From Octopus sinensis (lineage: Eukaryota), in the NCBI RefSeq assembly GCF_006345805.1, contig NC_043008.1, positions 58,838,001 through 58,902,000 of the forward strand: a DNA stretch of 64,000 nucleotides. The letters are read 5' to 3'. The position numbers and the translations under genes are program-made. This document shows positions 38,790-51,377 of the stretch, one piece after another (within the stretch, counting starts at the first letter, position 1; each line of letters opens with the position of its first letter). The notes below the pieces were generated by a model. The model was not told where the DNA came from. It saw nothing but the letters and a program-made list of their open reading frames with translations, and did no database searches.

Positions 38790-38835
38790 GAATAAGAGAA
38801 AATAAACAGGGAGAATGAAAAATACTTGGTCAAGC

Positions 38836-38929
<94 letters not shown>

Positions 38930-39500
38930 TATGTGTGTGTGAGTGTGTATGTATATATTCAGAGCCATTTGCAAAAAAAAGTTCCAGTGAAACACTTATA
39001 CAATCTACACAAAGAATATTGTAAGGCAATACAGAAAGAGAAGGAAATGGGATCACATTTAAACACGATAGAAGAACGTCTCAGATTTTTATAAAGCAAT
39101 ATATTTGAACAACTCACAAGACATGGTCTCTGAGTTTCCCAGTACGGTACAGGGGTTCTTATAGAAGTTTTGGAATCAGGAAACCTGATTAATATAATGA
39201 TGAAGAACACAGCATATCGTACGATGGAATCCGGGATACACTGATCCCCGTTAGCGAAAGTTCAGATATATAAATTTCATTTAATTAATGTCTTATATAA
39301 TACACATTTATTTATTTCTTGTGTACGTTTTGTGATTTATAAATTTTTAACTTGTCCAATTATATAATGAATAACGTTTTCCATCCACTTACATTTTACA
39401 TTATCTCCGTCCTACACCACACGTCTATGTAAGTTCCCTGTTCAAAATTAACTTCCAATTTTCTAGCTCGTTCCGAGTCATTGTAGCTAATAAAGATTAC

Positions 39501-39562
<62 letters not shown>

Positions 39563-39624
39563 TGATGATGATGATGATGGTATGCACTGCTCTCTTAATA
39601 ATAATTATATTATCACCATCGTTG

Positions 39625-39656
<32 letters not shown>

Positions 39657-40558
39657 TACTCTAGTTGTTGTTGTTGTTGACATCCTCGCTGTCGTGGTTG
39701 GTTGTTTTGTAGTTTTTCTTCATGTTTTCGTTTTTGTAGCTGATGGAATTATTGCTGTTTTTGTCTAAATCTTTATAGACGGTATTATTTGAGATTCTAT
39801 TTGCATACTTCTTAAATCAAACAAGTGTCTTCAAATCTCTGCCAAAGGAAATGTTGCGGACATAAACAAGTAATAAATTTTGGATTATTGAACTTTATAT
39901 TTCATCCTCTCATATATATTGCTTACCATATATCAGACAATGGAATTCACGTGACAATCACTGAATAAATCACGTGTATATTCGATATTGAAATTACATT
40001 TAAATCTTCAAAACAAATGAAAATTTTCTAGACATAACTGTTTGTCTTTTGCTCCGGCTTACGTCCACTTAAATTATTGTTGGGCAAATGTATGAGACAA
40101 GGCGTTCCAGCTGTGACCTTCACAGCTAATTTTTATTTCTTTTAAATAAAATAACTTTAGATATCGTGCTTAATAACAGATTTCTAACGTGTCCGTCACT
40201 ATATTTCTCATAGCTAAATTGACAAAGGAGCCTTAAACATACGTTCAAACACTTTTTGAATTAGGTGTGAGCTGGATGTCAATAAAATATTACTGAAACA
40301 TACTGCATTGAGTAAACTTTATTGATATATACTGCATTGAGCACACTTTACAATTTTTTCAAGCTAAAAATTCTATAAAAATATTACTTCATTTATGGCA
40401 TTAATAAATAGCTAACATATATTGCTCTTTACTGCACAGTGTTTGATATATATATATATATATATATTATATATTATATATATTATATATATATATAATA
40501 TATATATATATATATAATATATATATATATACATATACATATATATATATGCATACTT

Positions 40559-40626
<68 letters not shown>

Positions 40627-41017
40627 TATATATATATATGTGTGTGTGTATGTAGAAATATAAAAGGGGCAGAGAGAAAAGAGAGATAAAAAGAACTATA
40701 TGTCTTAATCAATATGGCGATTTAGCTAACATTGCGATAGACAGTTGTTATAAAGACGTTGTTTCTAGAGAAACACGGCTTACAAACGTACTATCATTAA
40801 GAGCTTAAAGAAAATCGGATAAACTGATTTCGCATCTTATAACACCATTCTTGACAGCTTGTTTGATTAAAAAATTTCAGATGCGTCAACAGCGTTCTGT
40901 TTCAACGCTCTGCATGACTACAGAGTACCTACTAACAGCTGTCTATCTGTCTGTCTGTCTGTCTGTCTATCAATCAATCAATCTTCCAATCAGTCAATCT
41001 ATTTATCTATCTATCTA

Positions 41018-41762
41018 GAGGACTAGTGGAGGGGAGGTCCGACGACACACTCGGGGCAAACCTGGGCGTCGACGAGAAATTCCTAACCCGCCTGTTAAGG
41101 ACGACGCTCGGGCCGGGGCCTATGGATAACTTCCAGAAATCCCTGGCTTGGCAATGCTATCGAGACGCACTACCTGTTCGAGAGAAGAGCTACAGGCACG
41201 GTTCGAAAACCATCACCGGACCGACCTGCCCGAGATGCGGTCAGAGCGACGAAATCGTTCTGCACGCACTCGTGCAGTGTCCAGATATTTCAGAGCTGTG
41301 GACCTTCGTCGAACAGCTGTTGTCGCGTGTAGGACGGGCCCGCTTATCGGCCGAGTCTATCGTGAATATTGTTCCACCACCTTTCTTTTAAACGGGAAGG
41401 GAAAACGGTTTTCGTTACGCTGATGGCTATGGCGAAAGAATGTGTGTGGTGGACGTGTTTGAAAGGATTGCAAACAAACACCTTCCTCTCTGGTCAGTCT
41501 CTCGTCAACTTTTTCAAGTATCACTTGAAAAGGAGGATGAGAATAGAGAGGAAGGCTTTGTCGAATGAATGTTTTAATAAAAAGTGGGTAAAAGTGGCAA
41601 AAATGGTCAGTATGAAAGACGACACTATTTTAAGCGTAAATATGTGACCAAAAGAGACAACGAGAGGTAAGGCGACTTATCATGTGTTCATTTTTGAACT
41701 GTCTGAGGTGACCTTGGTCTTTTTTGTAGGTTTTTCTTTCCAGGGCTACACCTAAACTGTGA

Positions 41763-41802
<40 letters not shown>

Positions 41803-41953
41803 TTTTATACACCACACCCTACAGATCCCTATTGATCGAACGTTTTTTCTTTTCTTTGTGTCCCACCCATCCCACCTCGAAAATAAAAAACTCTACATTG
41901 TATTTCGTCCATTTTTATTCTGTGTTAAGCCCTGTGTGGCCACAATAAAAAGT
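41018..41953 (+). mobile_element. L1/Tx1-clade LINE 3' fragment (zf-RVT domain plus 3' UTR)
   Basis: SLAWQCYRDALPVREK...TCPRCGQSDEIVLHALVQCP..., frameshift near 41385, ...KECVWW...FFKYHLKRRMRIER...KKWVKVAKMV*(41645-47). AATAAA at 41944. Both ends abut TCTA/TCTG repeats. Confidence 0.88.
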
Positions 41954-41954
41954 T

Positions 41955-41999
41955 ATCTGTCTGTCTGTCTGTCAGTCTGTCTATCAATCAATCAGTCAG

Positions 42000-42082
<83 letters not shown>

Positions 42083-42310
42083 CTCTATCTATCTATCTAT
42101 CTATCTGTCTGTCTGTCTATGTATCTATGTATCTATCTATCTATCTATCTATGCACATATGTATGTATGTATGTATGTATATATCTTTCTATCTATCTAT
42201 CTATCTATCTACCATCTATCTATTTATCTCTCTCTTCCTCTCTCTCTTTCTCTCTCCCTCTCTCTCCTTTCTCTCTCTCCCCTCTCTCTCTATCTACTTA
42301 TCTACCTATC
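41955..42310. repeat. (TCTG)n(TCTA)n(TC)n compound microsatellite
   Basis: Direct inspection. Confidence 0.95.
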
Positions 42311-43190
42311 TACTGCCTACCCTGTCTGCCTGTCTACCCACTTATGTCTATCTGCCTACTTATGTATCTAAAATCATCAAAACAAATTTTTTTAACATTA
42401 AAACCAACATTAAATACATTTAAAAACATCAAAATCATACTTAAAACAGTACATAACAGTCAGAGGTAAGGATTCTGCATATACATATTACGTATATATT
42501 CATAAATGGTAAAAGAGAGATCAGACGGGCTACACTTAATCGTTTACTAGAATATTCTGGGTACCCCTTCCAACTTCCAACAGAGTCACTACGAACGTAG
42601 CATAGTGGCGGGGGGCACCTTTGTAACCTTTGTCTATTATACATGTGCTTGGCTAAAAATCAAGAAATGTGCTCCATTGTACAGAATATCAGAAGAAACA
42701 AAACCTGTTAATGCAAGGATAAATTATTAATCGATGTAGCTCTCAGGAAATAGGTCTAATCGATTTTCTTCAGTCTTTGGAATGGTAGATTTGTTTGTAT
42801 AGCTTTAATGCGCTGTTAAACAAAATATCCATCTACTGATGAAATCCCATAATACTATTTTCCCAAGGAATCTGTCTTGATCTACCGACGAGACAGTGTT
42901 TCCTGTTTACATGTGTGCATTACACATACTGTTCCCTGTATTCTATAGATATATACTGATTAACAAAAGCTCTATTGTAAGCAAAAATGATGAATAACAA
43001 TTTTAAGTCGAAGTATCTTTAATATTGGTTGCGTAATGCATCGAAATATGTCTCTAAAATGCATAATGCACTGTTTATTCGTTACAGCGCAGCGGTGTAA
43101 CGCAGAGCAATGCCCATATAACTTGCCAAACACTAGTTTTGTTTTACTTGTTTTCTAGCCACAGTTTCAGTTCTACAACAAACTTACGTA

Positions 43191-43235
<45 letters not shown>

Positions 43236-43244
43236 CACACACAC

Positions 43245-43276
<32 letters not shown>

Positions 43277-43551
43277 TACGCAGGCACGCAGGCGCACAGG
43301 TACACACACATCCAGGCCCATACAAACACACACACACACACAAATTGCATACGCACACCGGCATGCTTGCTTGCATGCATAATACATACATACACGCACG
43401 CACACCCATATATACATACATGTATACATACATACATACATACATGCATTCTCTTTTTTTCTGTTTTTCTTGTTTGGATTAACTATATATATATATATAT
43501 CATATATATTATATATTACATATATATATATATATATTATATATTTTATAT

Positions 43552-43585
<34 letters not shown>

Positions 43586-44367
43586 AACATATAAATATTA
43601 TTATTATGTCGAAGAGAACAATATAGAGAGATGGAACGATAAATAGAAAAGAGAAAAGTAACATGACATGACAGTTTAACAATATTTGTTTTTCAGACGA
43701 TAATATACAATGGATAAATATATTGATTTCACGAAATATTACTTGTGTAAATCGACTACATTAAATAAACTGGACGGTTATTTATGGCTGTCCAATGTAT
43801 TTAATTAAGTTTAATTTTCACACAAAATAACCGGTAAAATCTATTTCTGTGGTGCAATACGCACACATATGCGACACTGTTTATATCTAGGAATAAGAAA
43901 GCGCTGAATAGCGATAGAAGTAAATATGTTTTTATACAGAACTCAAGGCATGTAAAATGCTATTTAAGATTCATGGCGTTTGTTGTTAAAATGGCACACA
44001 TTTGCGTTTGTTGTTAATACACACATTTGCCACATTAGCCTAGCGAACAGGTAACATCCCTGAAAGAATTGATTATTAATCTGGTACAGTCTTGACTGGC
44101 TCGACCGTGAAGTTGTATATAAACGGAGGTTATATACAAAAGGTGTACTCAGTATTCATTTTAGTAGCGTATATGTTTAGTATTTTTTACTATGAAATGG
44201 TTGGTATCATACATATTTGTGCATCTTCAATAGACTATGCGCATGCATACACATACCTACCTACCTACATATACATACATACATACATACACACATATAT
44301 ACATACATACATACATACATACATACATACATACATACACACATATATACATACATACATACATACG

Positions 44368-44404
<37 letters not shown>

Positions 44405-44432
44405 GTAAATGTAATATGTGACAATTATTCGC

Positions 44433-44506
44433 TGGCCATGATAAAACTCCGAGTTTCGGATGCCGAGGTGGAAATCGACGCCGTCATCTCTTCAGTTATC
44501 CGGCCA
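44433..44506 (-). ncRNA. Type I hammerhead ribozyme candidate, copy 1
   Basis: Minus strand UGGCC-G-GAUAA-CUGAAGA-GAUG(22 nt)CAUC-C-GAA-ACUC-G-GAGU-U|UUAUC-AU-GGCCA: helix I of 5+5 bp, CUGANGA core, GAAA, helix III, GUU triplet. One extra C lies before G12. Confidence 0.7.
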
Positions 44507-45392
44507 TCGGAAAAAAAAATATATATATAGAGAGAGAGAGAAAGAGAGAGAGATGGAGAGAGAGTGACAGAGAAAGATAGAGGGAGTGAGATAGACAAAG
44601 GCAATTATGTACAAATTAAATATGTTAAATATAATAGCTTGGGTATGAAATACAAAATATGTATTATGTATACAGACAAAATAGCAGAAAGCAAAGTGTG
44701 GTAACTTTCAGACGATGATTTTTTTTTTCAAGTATTTATATTAATAGATCGATCTTACACAGAGTATAATCTACAGAGAAAATTAAAGGGGTGTAAGTTA
44801 GATGTTATAAGCCCAACAGCCGTTTCCTGGGGTTCGGAGATCCATCATTATGTTGCTAGATGTAGTTTATCAGAATATGGAAGCCGAAATAGAAGCAAAT
44901 AAGCATTGGATAAATCGAGTCTCCGTCATCAGCGTAGAAAGATCAAATATTTCAGATTATAATGCTGAGAAGTTCAAAGGTGGAATGATTATAAGTGAAG
45001 AGCAACTCAAATATTCATCGTCTGGAGTCCTCCACACTTTGCATTCTCTCTTTTTTCATGTAAATATGTATACACATTTTGCGTTTCATACTCGAACTGT
45101 TATATCTAATATATTTCATTTGTTTATCCACATAATTGCCTGCATAGTTGTTCATCTTGCTCCCTCTCGTAGATATTCTGAACGCCGCGGAATTTCATAT
45201 CTTCTAAAGACATCGAAGTCTAATTTTAATTCATTTGAGTGCTACTAAATGTCTTCTACACTGAGGTCCTCTGCATATCATCCATTGACTATATATACAT
45301 ATATGTGAATATGTATGTATAAAAGAAAATATGTGATATATATATATATATATAATATATATATGTAAATGTAATATGTGACAATTATTCGC

Positions 45393-45466
45393 TGGCCATG
45401 ATAAAACTCCGAGTTTCGGATGCCGAGGTGGAAATCGACGCCGTCATCTCTTCAGTTATCCGGCCA
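45393..45466 (-). ncRNA. Type I hammerhead ribozyme candidate, copy 2 (identical)
   Basis: Identical sequence to 44433-44506, offset 960. Confidence 0.7.
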
Positions 45467-46249
45467 TCGGAAAAAAAATATATATATAGAGAGAGAGAGA
45501 GAAAGAGAGAGAGATGGAGAGAGAGTGACAGAGAAAGATAGAGGGAGTGAGATAGACAAAGGCAATTATGTACAAATTAAATATGTTAAATATAATAGCT
45601 TGGGTATGAAATACAAAATATGTATTATGTATACAGACAAAATAGCAGAAAGCAAAGTGTGGTAACTTTCAGACGATGATTTTTTTTTTCAAGTATTTAT
45701 ATTAATAGATCGATCTTACACAGAGTATAATCTACAGAGAAAATTAAAGGGGTGTAAGTTAGAAATAGAAGCAAATAAGCATTGGATAAATCGAGTCTCC
45801 GTCATCAGCGTAGAAAGATCAAACATTTCAGATTATAATGCTGAGAAGTTCAAAGGTGGAATGATTATAAGTGAAGAGCAACTCAAATATTCATCGTCTG
45901 GAGTCCTCCACACTTTGCATTCTCTCTTTTTGCATGTAAATATGTATACACATTTTGCGTTTCATACTCGAACTGTTATATCTAATATATTTCATTTGTT
46001 TATCCACATAATTGCCTGCATAGTTGTTCATCTTGCTCCCTCTCGTAGATATTCTGAACGCCGCGGAATTTCATATCTTCTAAAGACATCGAAGTCTAAT
46101 TTTAATTCATTTGAGTGCTACTAAATGTCTTCTACACTGAGGTCCTCTGCATATCATCCATTGACTATATATACATATATGTGAATATGTATGTATAAAA
46201 GAAAATATGTGATATATATATATATATATAAATATATATATGAAGTAGG

Positions 46250-46560
46250 GTGGAGGCGCAATAACCCAGAGGTTAGAGCAGCAGACTCGCGGTTGTAGGA
46301 TCGCGGTTTCGATTCCCATACCGAGCGTTGTGAGTGTTTATTGAGCGAAAACACCTAAAGCTCCACGATATTCCAGCAGGATGTGGTGTTGATCCCTGCT
46401 GTACTCTTTCACCACAACTTTTTCTCACTCCTTCTTTCATTGGCCTGCTCGCTTAGCCATGGGGTGGCGTAATTTGAAGGCTAAAACAATGCGAAGCGCA
46501 TTGTGACCAGTGATGTGTAGCAACATCTGATAGCCTGGTCGGTCACGTTGATCACGGTGA
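46250..46560 (+). mobile_element. SINE with a family C 5' half and a different 3' half
   Basis: Matches 24934 up to ...TTTCTCACTC (about 46430), then continues with unrelated TGGCCTGCTCGCTTAGCC...ATCACGGTGAT before (TATG)n. Confidence 0.75.
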
Positions 46561-46571
46561 TACGAAGTAGG

Positions 46572-46602
<31 letters not shown>

Positions 46603-46604
46603 TG

Positions 46605-46637
<33 letters not shown>

Positions 46638-47559
46638 CTGTGTGTGTGTATGTTCAGGAAAATGAAAAATTATTGATTCTGTTGACTTCGTTTTCTAAGA
46701 TGATGTGCAATTATCAGAGTGGGCTTTGCTCTTATATGTTGCAATTTGATCAATCGTTTAGATGTTCTGTGACCGACTTTTTGTCCCCCATATATCTGTT
46801 TATTCTGTGTATAACATTGCGTATCTCATAGACACAACCATATTAAGCAAAATTGTTAAATGAATTTGAAATTATTCTTCCTATGTACTTTAAATATTAA
46901 ACAAGCTTAAAAAAGCTAGCATTTACATCACTCGCATATTTTGTTAAATTGCTTTTATCTTTCCAGTATTGTAAACATTAATTAAATGAACACGTAATTA
47001 GAAGAGTGATTATTGGTGATGAAATTTGATGGGGTATCTCATGTCTTTGTAGATCCATACCGGATAACATGCAGTGTTTTGTCTAAATCAGAGAAACACT
47101 TATGAACATTTGCATCAATTGTGGGAGCGGAATAAACGATTTCAGGCCGTAATCAATGAAAAAAGTTTTCTAACTCATACACATGAAAAGATTTAAATAG
47201 ATCAAAGGTTTAAGCCAACTTATCTTTCAGAACATTTTTTTTTATATGTTCGGATGTATCTGAGAAAGATTCTGACAGAATAATTGTCAAAATCCTCCTT
47301 TTGATATCATTAGATAGGCATTCAATTTTGATTTTCAATGAGATTGTTTCTTATTACACACAATCATTGTTCTTCGATCCAACAAGGGAGCTACTACGTG
47401 ATTGTTCTGCTTACTAGAAATAACAGTCAAATATCACTCAAAAATATTTTAGAATTCTCTTTTAATACCAACCTGCTTGTGACCACACTTGGTTTCATGA
47501 TACAACTTTTCTTGTATCATATTCAAGAAGTAAAACCATTCATCAAATTTTCCCGTTAA

Positions 47560-47740
47560 TCACCAGTTTTTGAGGGGAGGGGTAAGTCAATTATATCTTG
47601 ACTGGTACTTATTTTATCGACTCAAAGGATAAAAGGCAGAGCCGATCTCGGTTGAATTTCAAATCAAAACCTAAAGACGGACGAAATGCCGATATGCATA
47701 TTCTCCGTTCTGAAAACAGTTTTGCTAGCTCGCCACGTTA
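47560..47740 (-). mobile_element. Degraded SINE family B
   Basis: ACTGGTACTTATTTTATCGAC...AAAGGCAGAGCCGATCTCGG...GCTAGCTCGCCAC. Confidence 0.7.
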
Positions 47741-48120
47741 AATAGAGGAGAGATTAGAAAATGTAGTCCTTTGAACAGCATTAGAGAAAAATGGAGGAAT
47801 GTTAATGGCTTCAGTAATTAGGAAAATAATTCTTCTTGACTAGAGTTGACGCGGAGATCAAAGGATAAACATATAATAGGATTTTAATTCGTGTTCACTT
47901 CGAAGGTATTTATGAGCTGTTGTAAATAACGAGGAGCCTAAGTTTGGCTTCACCAAAATCTGAAAATTCCCATTATCGTCTGATTATTAGAAGGACTTGT
48001 ACATTGATATGTAACGCATTTTCTAAATAGATATATTCTTTGATTATTTTTTACTGGTTTCAAGTCACTGCACAGTGAAAATGCTGTAGTACAGGCTTAA
48101 ATGTTTTAGTATCTATTTCT

Positions 48121-48354
48121 TATTTCTTTACTGCCCACAATGGGCTACATACAGAGGGGACAGACAAGGACAGACAAACGGATTAAGTCGATTATATCGA
48201 CCCCAGTGCGTAACTGGTACTTATTTAATCGACCCAGAAAGGATGAAAGGCAAAGTCGACCTCGGCGGAACTTGAATTCAGAACGTAACTGTAGACGAAA
48301 TACCGCTAAGCATTTCGCCCTGTGTGCTAACGTTTCTGCCAGCGTGCCGCCTTC
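48121..48354 (-). mobile_element. Full-length SINE family B with 14-bp TSD
   Basis: TAGTATCTATTTCT at 48107-48120 and 48355-48368. Confidence 0.95.
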
Positions 48355-50175
48355 TAGTATCTATTTCTGAATATGTATTTCAACGTGGTACTTGCTTGAT
48401 CGATTACTAATTTTGATGAAATTGACAGAACGCCAGCGGAAATAACTTAGACAACATCGTTTTATAGGCTGGCGGAAGCATAGACTCTTCACGTCACTTC
48501 GAACCGTAGCTTCCTTATCGCGCCATCGTATTGCTCTTTCTGTACAACTTTCAGGTGCCTATACTCATTCCCAATGTGTGTGACTTCGCATCTGCGTTTG
48601 CCTCCTACTACCGCTTGATAACCGATGTTGGTTTGTTTTGGCCCCCGTAACTTAGTGGTCTAGCAAAACTAACCTATAAAATAAATGCCAAGTTTAGAAA
48701 AAATAAAAGAACTGGACGAGATCTATTCGACTGAAAATTTTTCAAGGCTATGCCCAAGCATAGCCGCAGCCTTGTGAATGAATCGGGAGTCACTTGACTT
48801 ACTGAACACTTATATTTGTACTTCAAGGATATTTTGAATCTTGGTATAATTTACATTCTCCTATACTCCTATACTCTGACTTACATGTCTTCCGTTACTG
48901 AAAATATATTGCAATCCTGCTTTATTATCCTGTCTACAACATGCAATTAACTGCTGTTGATCTAAAGCTTTTTGTAATATTTTATCGTATGTAAATCCGT
49001 TATAATCGCCGTTGATTCAAGTTTCTTATACAATTTCGACGGGAAATTACACTATTTAATGGGTTTTTTTAACCACTAAGATATTTTATAGTATGATATC
49101 AGTGTCTATAATATATATAATACGTATGCAAACATGTAATAGCACTAGCTATAATATTTAACGTCGGGTAAATATCTCAAAGATACTTGTGTTCTAGTTT
49201 CATAATAATTACAAACGAACTACGGCAGTAGTGAAATATAACTTTTGTGTATAAAAAACCGTTATTATTCGACTATCTAATCTACTTGAGCAGTATTCAT
49301 AACGACTGAAAACTTAAAAAGCCATATATATGCTTTATGAATGAAAGTATAAAGCTGCGCATTTTATTTAGATACGGAAACTGAGCAAGTCAATAAAACC
49401 ATTTCTGTAAATATATAAATGTTGTATATATTGTATGCTAGTTTCCATCTATACCTTTGATGTGCTTGAAAATACCGTTTTTTAATTTTTTTTTTCTTAG
49501 AACGGGAACCATAGTAGAATTCTAATGATGCGACTGCAAGGTGTGCGACGCATATTAGAGCTGATATTTAACTTTATCTCGTTTCACAAAATGAAGTATT
49601 ACCAATGTATGCTTTTGATTAGGGTTTTATATTTCCATCGATATTTATGAGAAAATCTGTCATACAACTTTTCAAAAGACTGTTCAATACATTTTTTATT
49701 AATGAAAAAAAAAATTATGGTAGCTTAATGCGTCGAGCATTTAGTAGAATTTTATAAAGTAAAAGGAGCTAGCACGAATATATCTCGAATAATGTTTATA
49801 TACAAAACCTCAAACATAAATCTATTGTGTGCTCTTCATATCTAGAAATTAAATGTCATAGTTAATGCGACAGCTACCTTGGGTCTATATATGAAATCGT
49901 TGATAGACAAATTCTCAGATAATCTCATTAAAGGGATAATGAATCTTTTATTGAACGCAGTTAGTCAAACCTCTCATGCATCTATGAAAGATATCGGCGT
50001 GGAACCAATTTTCTGTCATAAACACACGCACACTCACACACACAAACGCACACACACACACGCACTCACACACACGCACATAAGCGAATATTGTATGGTT
50101 GTATGTATGTATGAATGAATGGTGTATGTATGTAGGTATGTTTGTGGCTATGTATGTGTAATATGTGTGTGTGTA

Positions 50176-50800
50176 TATTGGGTTATCCCATAAATAATGC
50201 TGTTCTTTTATACTTCTCTTATATTCTTAAAATTAGGTAAACAAAGTTCTTTTTTAATCACTTTTTTAATGCTCTTCCATCTATCCGGTAGACTTGCAAG
50301 GCTCCGCTTCCAAAATCCACTTGTCCGTGACGAAAAATACTCCCCCAGTTCACTTCTGACCTCGTCTACTGAATTCATATTTTTTACGTCCAAATGATTT
50401 TGACGACTGCGGAATAAATGATAATCAGATAGGGCAATGTCCGGCGAATATGGAGGGTGGGAAATCGTTTCCCATTCAAACTGATCCAGCCTTTGAAATG
50501 TCAGCCTCGCTGAATGTGGCTGAGCATTAACTGATGGAAGAACACCTTTTGTCTTGAAAACAAAGATGGTCTTATTTCTTCTAGCGCTGAATTAAGCGAA
50601 ACAAACTGCTAGCAGCAGATCTTTGTTATCGTTTGGTTTTAAAAGTGGACTAAACATTTTATACCACACCAAATATATAACACCTTACGCGGGTTCAGAC
50701 CTTATTTAGCCTGTGGTGCCGGTCTTTCTCCTTTCGCTACCCACTGCCTTGTATTCAACGCTTGATATTTTTATAGAGAACTGCACTCATCAAAACTTGC
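50176..50800 (-). mobile_element. Mariner transposon 3' half with a terminal TIR-like end
   Basis: PRKVL..W...QTIT...SALEEIRPSLFSRQKVFFHQ...WETISHPPYSPDIALSDYHLFRSRQNHLDVKNMNSVDEVRSELGEYFSSRTSGFWKRSLASLPDRWK. TATTGGGTT end at 50176. Confidence 0.88.
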
Positions 50801-51305
50801 ACTAAGAATAAGTACAAGGTAAATTTACTGCCTGCTTTTATAGCAAGTTGATGCAAATAAATTATCTCGTCCCCCTTCCGAATTTTAGTTCATACTCATG
50901 CTATTGAAAAAACAGCATTATTGATTGGATGACCCAATATACATATATGTAGAGAGAGAGAGTGGGGGAGCGTATCTCACAGAAGTATGTACACCCTAAG
51001 AAATTTCAGTAAAATCGTCATTACTCTGATAATATCGAAGGAAATCACACGAAATTTATACTGAATAAAATATATTATATATGGAAACATTATACAAATT
51101 TGGTAAACAAAACAATAAACATTTTCAAATATATGAACGAAATATATATATATGGCGGTGCCCCAGCATGGCCACAGCTCATTAGCTGAAACTTGAAAAA
51201 TCAAAAAATCAAAAAAAATATATATATATCTATATATATATAATTCTTTTACTTCTTTCAGCCATTTGACTGCGGCACGCTGAAGACTGCCTTTAAAAAA
51301 AATTC

Positions 51306-51377
51306 AGGATCTACCGAGACATGAACTCGGATCGCTGGTTTCAGAGTCCCGAATTCTAACCATTACACAATAGAACC
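51306..51377 (-). pseudogene. tRNA-Gln(CTG)-like pseudogene
   Basis: GGTTCTATTGTGTAATGGTTAGAATTCGGGACTCTGAAACCAGCGATCCGAGTTCATGTCTCGGTAGATCCT, 72 nt, about 10 differences from the recalled metazoan tRNA-Gln-CTG. The anticodon stem has two mismatches and the T loop is altered. Confidence 0.75.

Larger units (their letters stand above)
44405..46240. repeat. Tandem duplication, period 960 bp; second copy lacks about 85 bp (44802-44886 equivalent)
   Basis: Lines at 44401 and 45361 are identical. Copies differ by a few SNPs and the 85-bp indel. Boundaries lie in (TA)n tracts. Confidence 0.95.

Noticed and set aside
39195-39245. C/D-box snoRNA-like ATGATGA...CTGA
   Set aside because: Only about 48 nt between boxes and no terminal stem.
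41759-44530. 236-aa YLSI-repeat ORF and HT/YI/CV-repeat ORFs
   Set aside because: Tetra- and dinucleotide microsatellite translations.
44905-44945. CTGATGA on the minus strand followed by a small stem
   Set aside because: Followed by ATTT rather than GAAA, so the core is incomplete.
44850-45248. 132-aa ORF within the duplicated unit
   Set aside because: No recognisable motif, and its start is removed by the 85-bp deletion in copy 2.
46640-47200. Very decayed Tc1-like remnant
   Set aside because: Only vague similarity (VQLSEW, RFQAVINEK), insufficient without a profile search.
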